This document shows positions 27,190-36,502 of a stretch of DNA of 64,000 nucleotides, piece by piece. Location of the stretch: positions 621,217 through 685,216 of the forward strand of contig CP062796.1 in the NCBI GenBank assembly GCA_018208355.1, given 5' to 3'. Position 1 is the first letter of the stretch; every line of letters starts with the position of its first letter. Made by a program: the position numbers and the translations under genes. Source of the DNA: Candidatus Fermentithermobacillus carboniphilus (GTDB lineage: Bacteria; Bacillota; Sulfobacillia; Fermentithermobacillales; Fermentithermobacillaceae). The notes below the pieces were generated by a model. The model saw nothing but the letters and a program-made list of their open reading frames with translations, was not told the DNA's origin and searched no databases.

Positions 27190-27963
27190 CTATTTGACGC
27201 TTAGATAATTGTCTTCAATATATTTGACCCACTGTTTATATATGTCTTCTTCAGATACGCCAAATACTTCCTCATATGCTGAAGGATTCCTTATTAAGTT
27301 CATAATTTTATTCATACCATAATTTTTATCGAGGAATTCTATATATGTATAAGAAAAAGCATAGAGTCCTTTGTTAGCAAATGTAATAGGATTATTTATT
27401 TTTGTATCCTGTATACTGGGAACATTTTCTAACGGATAATTTGGTTTAGTATTACCTGATAAATAACCTGCCAACCCTTCGTTCAAAAATTTTGGTGTTT
27501 TTCTATTTATCTCATAAATTATTGTATGAACGTATTCATGCACAACAGCCTGAACTACACTGATATAATCATGTACTGGCCCTGGATTTAACGGAGAGAC
27601 GATAATTACTTTATCTTTTCTATTATCTCCAATATACCAGTCCGGACATACAATCCTGCCTAAATAACCATATTTTTTTGTATGAAAGATCCGGAGATCA
27701 GGATAAATATATATTTCTGTTTTTCCATTTCGGTTAAAATTCATAGCAGAGTTAATTTTCTTACATGATTTTTCTAAGATATCTGCCATATCTAATACAG
27801 CACTTTCATCCTGTTTTTCATAATAAAAAACAAAATTATCTGTTTCTTTAGATATCATTTTATTTGTCTTCAAATTGAATGTAGGTAAAAATATAATTAT
27901 TGAAACGAATATTAGTACCGCGACAATGTTCAATATAATCTTTAACCTTTTTTGCATAAACAT
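27190..27963 (-). CDS. Membrane-anchored gluzincin-like metallopeptidase in an AT-rich insert
   Basis: HEYVH...FLNEGLA; N-terminal TM; visibly far more AT-rich than its flanks. Confidence 0.8.
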   Translation of the reverse strand: MFMQKRLKIILNIVAVLIFVSIIIFLPTFNLKTNKMISKETDNFVFYYEKQDESAVLDMADILEKSCKKINSAMNFNRNGKTEIYIYPDLRIFHTKKYGYLGRIVCPDWYIGDNRKDKVIIVSPLNPGPVHDYISVVQAVVHEYVHTIIYEINRKTPKFLNEGLAGYLSGNTKPNYPLENVPSIQDTKINNPITFANKGLYAFSYTYIEFLDKNYGMNKIMNLIRNPSAYEEVFGVSEEDIYKQWVKYIEDNYLSVK

Positions 27964-28352
27964 CCCTCCTGGCTTTGCCCTTAATTTTTTATCACTTTGA
28001 CAGCCACTACTACAAGAGCCTGCTTTTTCTCAAACGGATTGTCTCGTCTCGTCTTAAGATAAGTCGATGTGGGAGCGTCCTTGCCCTCCTTTCTGGTGGC
28101 CACCCTCACCCACCTAGTGCTCGGCAGGATACTGGAAAAACCTGAACATGTTCGCGATGCCGGGTAATGAGCGGTTCGACTCGGTCCTCTACCTGGCGCC
28201 TTTCGATTTTCGGGCCGATTCGGCAAACAGACAAAATCTGTCCGTTCTCGTGGTAAAATAAACCGTAGATTCGAATTGAGGAGGACATCATCGAGGAGGA
28301 CATCAATCTGACTACAGGAGACCGGCAGGGCCTGGCCGGCATTCCGGGTGCT

Positions 28353-30533
28353 TTGAGCATATCCGCAGTGCCGAGGGACTTCGTCAACATCTTGACCCGC
28401 GCTTTCTCCAACGGGGGAACTATTTCTTCTTTTGTCCAAGGCTATGAAGAACGCCCTCAGCAGCTCGAGATGGCGCTTTCAGTCTGGGACTGTCTTTCAG
28501 GTGGCGGGCATCTCTTGGTCGAAGCAGGGACAGGCGTAGGGAAATCACTGGCCTACCTGGTACCGGCCTTCCTGTGGACCCAGGCGACCCGCAAGAGAGT
28601 CATCGTATCCACGCATACGGTAAACTTACAGCAGCAACTCGTACACAAGGACCTTCCGCTTGTTGCCGCCATTTTTAAGTCCCAAGGCTTCGATACTCAG
28701 TATGCCCTGTTCAAAGGCAGAAACCACTACTTATGCCTGCGAAAGTGGACCAGGCTCTACGAAGATACTGAGCGCCAGCTTTCTCTGGTCGCAGGAAGCC
28801 TCCAGGAAAACCAAGAGGATAAGCTCATCGAGGACCTGTACGCTCTCCTCCACGAGGGAACCTGGGATGGGGACAGAGATAATCTTCCTTTCCCTGTGCC
28901 AGACTCCATTTGGACGGACATCGCTTCAGAGAGCGACCGATGCATGTCCTCACGATGTCCTTACAGAGACCAGTGTCTTTATCAGAAGCACAGGAAGCAC
29001 CTGGAAAAGTGCCACATCATCGTCGTGAACCACGCCCTGTTCGTGGCACACCTTAGACTCTTACAGGAAAGTATGGGTAGAAGCAGCCTTCTGCCTGGGT
29101 TCGAGGCTGTCGTATTCGACGAGGCTCACCACCTTGAAGACGTGACACGCTCGAGTCTTGCCACTGAGGTCAGCTACTCGCAATTCAAGAGGCTGGCCGA
29201 CGATACGGTGCGTTTGGCATCCACAGGATCTCTGGACAAAGCTCTAGGTAGAGACCAACTCAGGCGGATACGAGACGCCCTCGATGACAGGCTCAGGGCA
29301 CTTGACGGAATCTTGAGGGCACTAGAACCTCAAGGGTTTTCCGGCCAAAGGATTCCGTCCCCATCGGCCCGCGCCAAGAGCGTCAGATCTTTATACCCTG
29401 AAAATGGGCCGCAGTATGAATGCGCAAACCGAGACAAAGCCAGGATAAGAGAAAAAGGCATCGTCGACGAGAGGTTCATCAAGTCTCTTGAAGAACTGGC
29501 CGGCCTCGTCGAGCAATGGGAGGACATGGACCTCTCCGACGAAGAGCGGTTCGAGGTAGGATCCCTGGAAAGACGTTACCTATCGCTGATAGAAAACCTC
29601 CGTAGCATAAACAACCTTGAGGGGGACGGCGACTCGTTCGTCTACTGGTCAGAAGTTCAAGAGGGTCCAAGATCCCGGGTCACATTAAAACGGTCGCCGC
29701 TGGAGATCGGGCCTTACCTTCATGAAAACCTCTGGTCAAAAGTGCCTTCAGCGGTTCTGACTTCCGCAACTTTAGCCACCGGCGGTTCCTTCGATTACAT
29801 GAAACGCATCTTATCCATCGGCGAAGCCCGCGAGGTTATACTCGGTTCCCCATTCGAGTACTCCAGGCAGGCCTGCCTCTGCGTCCCGGAAGACAGCTAC
29901 GGCAAAGACCCCAACGACCCGAAGTTCAATGACTACGTTGCCGAGAAAATCCTGGAAATTGTGGACATGACCTGCGGGAGGATGTTTGTGCTATTCACCT
30001 CCAAAAAAGCCCTGGAAACGGTCTCATCGAGAGTGAAAGACAAGATTGAAGAAAAAGGCTACCCCGTGCTAATCCAGGGAGAAGCGCCAAGGGAGGTGCT
30101 CCTTTCCCGGTTCAAAGAGAGCGGAAAGGCGGTCCTCTTCGGTCTCGATTCCTTTTGGGAAGGTGTCGATGTACCCGGGGATGCCCTTTCCTGCGTCGTG
30201 CTTACGCGGCTCCCTTTCCCCGTCCCTGAAGACCCTGTCATGCAGGCAAGAGAGGAACTCTGGAAATCTCAGGGACTTGTCCCCTTCACCCAGTATTCCC
30301 TGCCACAGGCCACTCTCAAACTAAAGCAAGGATTCGGGAGACTCATAAGGACGAAGACCGACAGGGGTGCCGTAGTCATACTTGACCCGAGGATCGTCAC
30401 AAAGCATTACGGCAAGTCAATCCTTAAAAGCCTTCCTCCTGCGAGGTTGACGTCGGATATCGAAGAAGTGAGGAGGGCGGTGCCTCCTCCCCAGGTGCCT
30501 TCTCTTCAGTCGTTCACCCTCCGCCGGGAGTGA
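28353..30533 (+). CDS. dinG: DinG/YoaA family helicase
   Basis: EAGTGVGKS, DEAHH, TSATL, FWEGVD, QGFGRLIR, Fe-S cysteines. Confidence 0.93.
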   Translation: MSISAVPRDFVNILTRAFSNGGTISSFVQGYEERPQQLEMALSVWDCLSGGGHLLVEAGTGVGKSLAYLVPAFLWTQATRKRVIVSTHTVNLQQQLVHKDLPLVAAIFKSQGFDTQYALFKGRNHYLCLRKWTRLYEDTERQLSLVAGSLQENQEDKLIEDLYALLHEGTWDGDRDNLPFPVPDSIWTDIASESDRCMSSRCPYRDQCLYQKHRKHLEKCHIIVVNHALFVAHLRLLQESMGRSSLLPGFEAVVFDEAHHLEDVTRSSLATEVSYSQFKRLADDTVRLASTGSLDKALGRDQLRRIRDALDDRLRALDGILRALEPQGFSGQRIPSPSARAKSVRSLYPENGPQYECANRDKARIREKGIVDERFIKSLEELAGLVEQWEDMDLSDEERFEVGSLERRYLSLIENLRSINNLEGDGDSFVYWSEVQEGPRSRVTLKRSPLEIGPYLHENLWSKVPSAVLTSATLATGGSFDYMKRILSIGEAREVILGSPFEYSRQACLCVPEDSYGKDPNDPKFNDYVAEKILEIVDMTCGRMFVLFTSKKALETVSSRVKDKIEEKGYPVLIQGEAPREVLLSRFKESGKAVLFGLDSFWEGVDVPGDALSCVVLTRLPFPVPEDPVMQAREELWKSQGLVPFTQYSLPQATLKLKQGFGRLIRTKTDRGAVVILDPRIVTKHYGKSILKSLPPARLTSDIEEVRRAVPPPQVPSLQSFTLRRE

Positions 30534-30763
30534 GAGACCTCCCAGAGAGCGCTCCATGAAGAGGACCTTCGGGAAAGCCCAGCATCCGCCCGTCCTTCGC
30601 TCCCAGGAACATCTGAATTTACAGCTTCAGCAACGACCGAGCAGTTCAGCAGTCATTACACTGGCGCGGCCAGCACCACCCCGGGGCCGTGTCATCAACG
30701 GGCTTGAACCTCGATCTCCGGGGACACACGAAATAGCTGCATGTGCAACTCTTGTTCCTGCTT

Positions 30764-31936
30764 CTACTCTTCACGGTACACCCGAGAAGCTGCCTCGAGT
30801 CCGGCCCCTTTCTGGAACTTTGCGCCTTCGCCGGCGAGGATATCCTCGAGAGCCGCGAGGAACCACAGGACATTGGCCTTGGTGGAATTCGTCCCCATGA
30901 GCCCGATTCGCCATATCTTGCCCTTAAAGACACCGAGGCCGGCGCCGATCTCGATATTGAACTCATCGAGGAGCCTTCTCCGAACTTTGAGGTCCTCCAC
31001 GCCTTCGGGTATGAAAACCGTTGTCAGGCTGGGCAACCTGTACTCAGGCTTCACGACGAGCTTCAATCCCATGGCCTCGAGTCCTGCTATGAGCGCCTTC
31101 TGATTCTTCCTGTGACGCGCCCACCTCGCCTCGTTCCCCTCTTCTTTGACGATGCGAAGGGCTTCATTGAGGGCGTAAATCATATTCACGGGGGCCGTGT
31201 GGTGATAGAATCGCTCGGATCCCCAATACCTCTCGATCATGGAGAGGTCCAGGTACCAGCTCCGGCACCTGGTCTTGCGGTTCTTGATAAATTCGGCCAT
31301 GGAGTCGTTCACGGTAACCGGCGCAAGTCCGGGCGGGCAGCTCAGACACTTCTGGGTACCCGAATAGACGAAGTCGAGGTTGAGCCTGTCTACCGGCACT
31401 TCCACCCCGCCAAGTGAGGTGACCGCGTCAACCACGATCCTCATGCCGTGTTCGTGGGCTATCCGGGCGATTTCTTCAAGGGGCTGTAGCACGCCTGTGG
31501 AGGTCTCTGCGTGCACTATGCCGATAATCTTTGCGTCAGAGTTGGCTTTCACCGCCTTTTCGACTTGGGCCGGATCTACGGGTTCGCCCCAGGGAGCGTC
31601 GACCCGGACCACGGTAGCCCCGGCTCTTTCGGCGACATCCACCATGCGCTCCCCGAAAACTCCGGCAACGCAGATGATGGCCTTGTCACCTGGTTCCACC
31701 GAGTTTACGAGGGCAGTCTCCATACCCGCAGAACCCGTCCCCGAGATGGGTATCGTCAGACGGTTTTTGGTGTTGAAGACGTACCTGAGAAGTTCGGTTG
31801 TCTCATCCATTATCGCCACGAAATCAGGGTCGAGGTGACCCAAGGTTGGTTCGGAAAGAGCCCTCAGCACCCGAGGGTCCGAGTTACTGGGTCCGGGCCC
31901 CAGGAGGAGCTTGGCTTTAGGATTCCTCTCTCTCAT
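30764..31936 (-). CDS. Alanine--glyoxylate aminotransferase family (class V)
   Basis: LLLGPGPS, HAETSTG, DAVTSLGG, SGTQKCLSCPPG, YHHTAP. Confidence 0.92.
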   Translation of the reverse strand: MRERNPKAKLLLGPGPSNSDPRVLRALSEPTLGHLDPDFVAIMDETTELLRYVFNTKNRLTIPISGTGSAGMETALVNSVEPGDKAIICVAGVFGERMVDVAERAGATVVRVDAPWGEPVDPAQVEKAVKANSDAKIIGIVHAETSTGVLQPLEEIARIAHEHGMRIVVDAVTSLGGVEVPVDRLNLDFVYSGTQKCLSCPPGLAPVTVNDSMAEFIKNRKTRCRSWYLDLSMIERYWGSERFYHHTAPVNMIYALNEALRIVKEEGNEARWARHRKNQKALIAGLEAMGLKLVVKPEYRLPSLTTVFIPEGVEDLKVRRRLLDEFNIEIGAGLGVFKGKIWRIGLMGTNSTKANVLWFLAALEDILAGEGAKFQKGAGLEAASRVYREE

Positions 31937-31975
31937 TGAAACTCGTCTCCTTTCTGTCTACTTTCCGTTTTCCCG

Positions 31976-32779
31976 TTACCGACTTTCATTCTCTAGCCCT
32001 GCACCTCCTATCCCGCCCGCTACCCCATTCCATCCGAGCCGGGAAGAAATTTCGGTGCAGCAAGCTTTGATTTTTGCCCTGACCGCGTCTATTCTCTTTC
32101 GGGTGAGCCTGAAGGCAGGACCCGAGATACTCACGGCAGCTACGATGTATCCGGAATAGTCCCTCACGGGTGCCGCGACGCACACCACTCCTTCCTCCCG
32201 CTCACCTTCATCCAGCGCGTAACCGGAAATCCGTACCCGAGTCACCTGCTCAAGCAGCGCTTCTACATCAGCCACGGTCTTGGCCGTGAATCGTTCAAGG
32301 CAGACTCCGCGGTAACGTTCCCGGATGACGTCATCGGGCAACCCTGAGAGAAGCACTTTGCCTACTCCGGTGCAGTGAGCGGGGACTCTAGCGCCAGGGA
32401 CGGTGAATGTCCGCATCATCCTCGAGGATTCAGCGCAGGCGATGTACACTACGTCGGTAGCATCCAAGACAGCAAGGTTGGCGCTTTCTCCCGTCTCGTC
32501 CCGCAGACGCTCGAGGTAGGGCATGCTGAGTTTCACGAGACCCATGTTTCTCTCAGCCTTCTTACCGATTTCGAACGCCTTAAGGCCCAGGCCGTACAGC
32601 TTGCCGTCCCTCTTTAACAGGAGAGTCTCGGTTAACGTGTCGAGAAGCCTCTTTGTCGTGGATACGGGTAAACCTACTTTCGAAGATATTTCCGTGAGAC
32701 TCAAAGGCCGTTCCGCCTCGGCCACCACCAAAAGGATATCTACCGCTTTCCTCACAGAGTGTATGGTCAACCGACCCAT
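31976..32779 (-). CDS. IclR family regulator
   Basis: N-terminal HTH, TGESANLA, HCTGVGK, CVAAPV, AVSISGP. Confidence 0.93.
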   Translation of the reverse strand: MGRLTIHSVRKAVDILLVVAEAERPLSLTEISSKVGLPVSTTKRLLDTLTETLLLKRDGKLYGLGLKAFEIGKKAERNMGLVKLSMPYLERLRDETGESANLAVLDATDVVYIACAESSRMMRTFTVPGARVPAHCTGVGKVLLSGLPDDVIRERYRGVCLERFTAKTVADVEALLEQVTRVRISGYALDEGEREEGVVCVAAPVRDYSGYIVAAVSISGPAFRLTRKRIDAVRAKIKACCTEISSRLGWNGVAGGIGGAGLENESR

Positions 32780-33954
32780 CCCTCCTCCAGGATGTGGATG
32801 AGGTCTTTTATGCAGGAAGCAGCCGCCCCCGTCACGTCCGAAGCTCCACCCGAGACTATGACGTCGCCCATCTCCCTGGATGAGAATTTGACCGCTTTGG
32901 AGGTACCCGGGAGAACCCCGAATGGATGCCCTTTCGGCACGGCTTGCGGGCGCACGGAAAGCTCGACCAGGCCGCTCTTCTCGCCTGCGTTGGGCGGGTC
33001 ACCTGTGCCGCACGGACGATCTGAAGGATTCGGACTTCCCGGATTGGGCCAATCGCATTGAGTTGACCGGCTGCTCTTTCGGGGGGCGCAAGTCCGTCGC
33101 GCCGTCGCCACGAGTCTCACGGGTGTCCCGGCCGCATAAAGAGCCTGTACTTCGCGCCCGTCAAGACCTGTGATTCCTTCCCTTTCAATGTCCGAAAGCC
33201 CGAAATCGGTCCCCCACACGGTGTTGGCTATGATGAGGAGTTTTGCTGCCGAATCGTAACCTTCGACGTCAAGGGTAGGATTGGCTTCGGCAATCCCCAT
33301 TTCCTGAGCCTTTCGCAAGGCTTCTTCGTAAGGTTCGCCCTGGCTCATGCGGTTAAGGATGTAGTTTGTGGTGCCGTTCAAGACCCCTTCGATTTCGTAA
33401 ATATCCGCCCCTGCCATGGAGTATATGGCCGTATCGACGGTGGGAAGTGCCGCGGCCACTGCCCCGCTATATCTCAATCCGACGCCCTTTTGCCGGGCAA
33501 GGGATAAAAGGTTCCTAAAGGCGACCACGAGGGGACCCTTGGAAAGCGTGATCACCGAAAACCCGTGGGAGATGGCTTTCGTAATGTGCGAGAGCCCGGG
33601 TTCTCCGGTCCAGATGTCCGTGGGAGTGGCCTCCACCACCACACCTCTCATGGACCGCCCGATCTCGTCGAGCACGGACTCGTAGTCGCCGGATCCGAGA
33701 ATTACGCCTTTGAGTGAGCCAGTCTTGCCCCCGGATCCCGTCCTCCTCGCTCCGAGCCAGTCGAATACGTCGCGCGGCACAAGTCCCTCTTTCGAGAAAA
33801 GGACAGCATCTTTAGTCACAACAGCGGTAAGGACTGGATGAACACCGGTCAGTTTACGGATGAGCTCGCTTTTCTCATCCAGGAGCTCTATGAACTTCCT
33901 CCCTACCCGGCCCGCGCCGTTGAGCACGATGGCTACCCGCGTCGTCCCGTGCAT
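32767..33954 (-). CDS. Homoserine dehydrogenase-like protein
   Basis: GAGRVG, GVLNGTTNYIL, AEANPTLDVEGYDSAAK; no ACT domain. Confidence 0.85.
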   Translation of the reverse strand: MHGTTRVAIVLNGAGRVGRKFIELLDEKSELIRKLTGVHPVLTAVVTKDAVLFSKEGLVPRDVFDWLGARRTGSGGKTGSLKGVILGSGDYESVLDEIGRSMRGVVVEATPTDIWTGEPGLSHITKAISHGFSVITLSKGPLVVAFRNLLSLARQKGVGLRYSGAVAAALPTVDTAIYSMAGADIYEIEGVLNGTTNYILNRMSQGEPYEEALRKAQEMGIAEANPTLDVEGYDSAAKLLIIANTVWGTDFGLSDIEREGITGLDGREVQALYAAGTPVRLVATARRTCAPRKSSRSTQCDWPNPGSPNPSDRPCGTGDPPNAGEKSGLVELSVRPQAVPKGHPFGVLPGTSKAVKFSSREMGDVIVSGGASDVTGAAASCIKDLIHILEEGWVG

Positions 33955-33989
33955 ATCTCCAACCACTTTCGACCGCAAGACTTCTAGTG

Positions 33990-34883
33990 TTAGGCCACCG
34001 TCTTAACTCCGAGTTTCTCGAGGGCCGACCTTATTTCCGCCTTCTCCTGCTCTCCTATGGGAAGTATGGGACGGCGCGGCAAGCCGCCGAAGTATCCCAC
34101 CATGTCAAGAGCCGCCTTTAACCCAGCCACACCGTACTTGGAGGTCACGAGGGCGTTCAGCGCCAGTATATCCTTTTGAATGACCCGCGCTTCCTCAATC
34201 TTACCCTCGTTGACGAGGTCATATATCTTCACGCAGAGGTCCGGGGCGACGTTGGCCGCGGCAAGAGTCCCTCCTTTTGCTCCCATCACGAGAGCCGGTA
34301 GGAGAAAACTGGCCGATCCCGCGAAAACGGAAAAATCCGGAGGCACGTCTCTTATGATCTCGGAAATCTGCACGATGTTCCCGCTTGAGTCCTTTATCCC
34401 TTTGATCTTCGGATGGGAAGAGAGCCTTTTCACAAGAGGCGGCGTCATGTTAAGTCCCGTATTCCCGGGCATGTTGTAGAGGAGCACCGGGATCGGGGAG
34501 TTATCGGCCACGTCCCGGTAGTACTGCTCAAGAGCCGGATCTTTCATATTCGCCTTGAAGTAGTGGGGTGTGATGACGAGAGCGGCATCTACACCGACAT
34601 CTGCTGCCTTTTTGGTGAGGCGGATGGTTGCCCTCGTGCTTTCGCAGCCCGTTCCCGCTATCACCAGTTTATCTTCAGGAAAGTGTTTCCGGGCAAACGC
34701 CCAAAGTTCAATTTTCTCTTCTTCATCCAAAAAGGGCTGTTCACCGTTGGAGCCCAAGACGACGATCCCGGAAAGACCCGTTTCTCCCCACTTCCCGAGG
34801 TTCTCCTCGAGCTTATCGTAGGCGATTTCTTCATCGACGAACGGCGTTGGGATTGGAGCAAAGATGCCTTTGAGGCTACTCAC
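33990..34883 (-). CDS. DapA-family aldolase, HOGA-like
   Basis: GIFAPIPTPF, GSNGE (rather than GTTGE), IAGTGCESTRATI, GIKDS. Confidence 0.85.
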   Translation of the reverse strand: MSSLKGIFAPIPTPFVDEEIAYDKLEENLGKWGETGLSGIVVLGSNGEQPFLDEEEKIELWAFARKHFPEDKLVIAGTGCESTRATIRLTKKAADVGVDAALVITPHYFKANMKDPALEQYYRDVADNSPIPVLLYNMPGNTGLNMTPPLVKRLSSHPKIKGIKDSSGNIVQISEIIRDVPPDFSVFAGSASFLLPALVMGAKGGTLAAANVAPDLCVKIYDLVNEGKIEEARVIQKDILALNALVTSKYGVAGLKAALDMVGYFGGLPRRPILPIGEQEKAEIRSALEKLGVKTVA

Positions 34884-34965
34884 ACATACCCGCTCCTTCC
34901 TTAATGAAATGATGATTACACGTCACCGCGGCCTTGAAAGGCAGGGCACCTGCCCTGGCACGGCA

Positions 34966-35000
34966 TTTTCACATCGTGGAAATGCTGTCCACAATGTGCT
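34966..35000. promoter_or_regulatory. Candidate IclR operators between divergent genes
   Basis: Pseudo-palindrome TTTCACATCGTGGAAA and a second related site TCCACAATGTG. Confidence 0.45.
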
Positions 35001-35195
35001 ACCTACAAGTTATTCGACACCTTACTGCTAAATCCTCCAGCTCCGTAAGCCCCGGCGCCGATTCGCGGCGTGGTATCACTCTGCCCCCGGCCCTCCAGGC
35101 CACATTTCGTGACCCAAACGGAGAAGGAGGAGAGGCCCTTGGTGACCGCAAATATAAGGGCGATACTGTATCGTGGAAAGGAGAGGTTAAAAAAG

Positions 35196-36386
35196 ATGAA
35201 GCTTGAGATTTCCCGGGAGGAATATGCAAGACGTACGAACGCCGTCCTGGATTCCATGAAAGAAAAAGACCTCGATGCGTTCATCTTCTGGAACTCGACC
35301 AGCATTTTCTATCTCACAGGATTCGCTTTCATCCCCACAGAAAGGCCCATGTGCCTTGTCCTCACAAAAGACGGCCAGAAAATCATGTTCGTCCCGAGGC
35401 TCGAAGTAGAACACGCTCAAGAGACCCCGGAGGTCCACGAGGTGTGGCATTATCCTGAATATCCAGGAGAGAAACACCCCATGAACGTGCTGGCAGGGCT
35501 TTTGTCAGAGCGCGGCCTGGGCGGCGGAAATCTGGGGGCCGATGCCGATGGTTATGGCTCTAGCCAGGGATACCGGGGCCCAAAGTTATCGGAAGTGCTG
35601 CCCTCAGCCAAAGTCGTAGTGCTGAGAGACCTCGTCGAGAAACTGAGGATGATAAAGTCCCAAGAAGAGATAGCCCTCATCCGCGAGAGCGCAAAGTGGG
35701 GCAACCTTGCTCACGCTCTCCTGCAGGAATATTCCAAACCAGGACGTACGGAGAACGAGATATCCATGAGGGCATCACTAGAGGCCACGATGATGATGAT
35801 AAAGACGCTGGGGAAGTCATATAACCCACTCTCTGCTGGAAGGGCGGGAGCGAGCGCGGGCTTCAGGGGCCAGATAGGGCCCAACTCGGCGCTTCCCCAC
35901 GCCATCACCATAAACGCGGTCCTCAAACCCGGTGATGTCCTTGTGACAGGTGCAGGAGCCTCGGTGGCCGGGTACGGCAGCGAGCTGGAGAGGACGATGT
36001 TCGTCGGTGAACCAGACTCGAAGAAGCGTCGTTTCTTCCAGCTCATGAAAGAAGTCCAGGAAGTCGCCTTCGAGAACATTCGACCAGGACGCAAGTGTTC
36101 CGAGGTGGATGCGGCAGTGAGGGCATTTTACGACAGGCATAACTTGTGGGAATACTGGAGGCACCATACGGGCCACGCCCTTGGACTTTTGGGTCACGAA
36201 GCTCCATTCTTCGACATAGGAGACGATACCGTAATACAGCCCGGGATGGTGTTCAGCGTGGAACCCGGTCTCTACGTCCCCGGGCTCGGCGGCTTCAGGC
36301 ATTCGGATACGGTCGTCGTGACTGAAACCGGGATTGACTTCATCACGTACTACCCGAGGGAACTGGAGAACCTCATCTGCGGTTGA
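35196..36386 (+). CDS. M24 (Xaa-Pro peptidase/creatinase) family hydrolase
   Basis: LRMIKSQEEI, HHTGHALGL, FSVEPG; AAAGGAGAGG RBS. Confidence 0.88.
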   Translation: MKLEISREEYARRTNAVLDSMKEKDLDAFIFWNSTSIFYLTGFAFIPTERPMCLVLTKDGQKIMFVPRLEVEHAQETPEVHEVWHYPEYPGEKHPMNVLAGLLSERGLGGGNLGADADGYGSSQGYRGPKLSEVLPSAKVVVLRDLVEKLRMIKSQEEIALIRESAKWGNLAHALLQEYSKPGRTENEISMRASLEATMMMIKTLGKSYNPLSAGRAGASAGFRGQIGPNSALPHAITINAVLKPGDVLVTGAGASVAGYGSELERTMFVGEPDSKKRRFFQLMKEVQEVAFENIRPGRKCSEVDAAVRAFYDRHNLWEYWRHHTGHALGLLGHEAPFFDIGDDTVIQPGMVFSVEPGLYVPGLGGFRHSDTVVVTETGIDFITYYPRELENLICG

Positions 36387-36502
36387 CGCAATCCATGAGA
36401 AATCGGGGGGCGATCTCGCCCCCCGCGCTCGCGAAACCTATTCATTTCATTTACCATAGATTTTGCCCGCTGGTTCACCGGCCAATCTTCCGGCCGCCAA
36501 CG

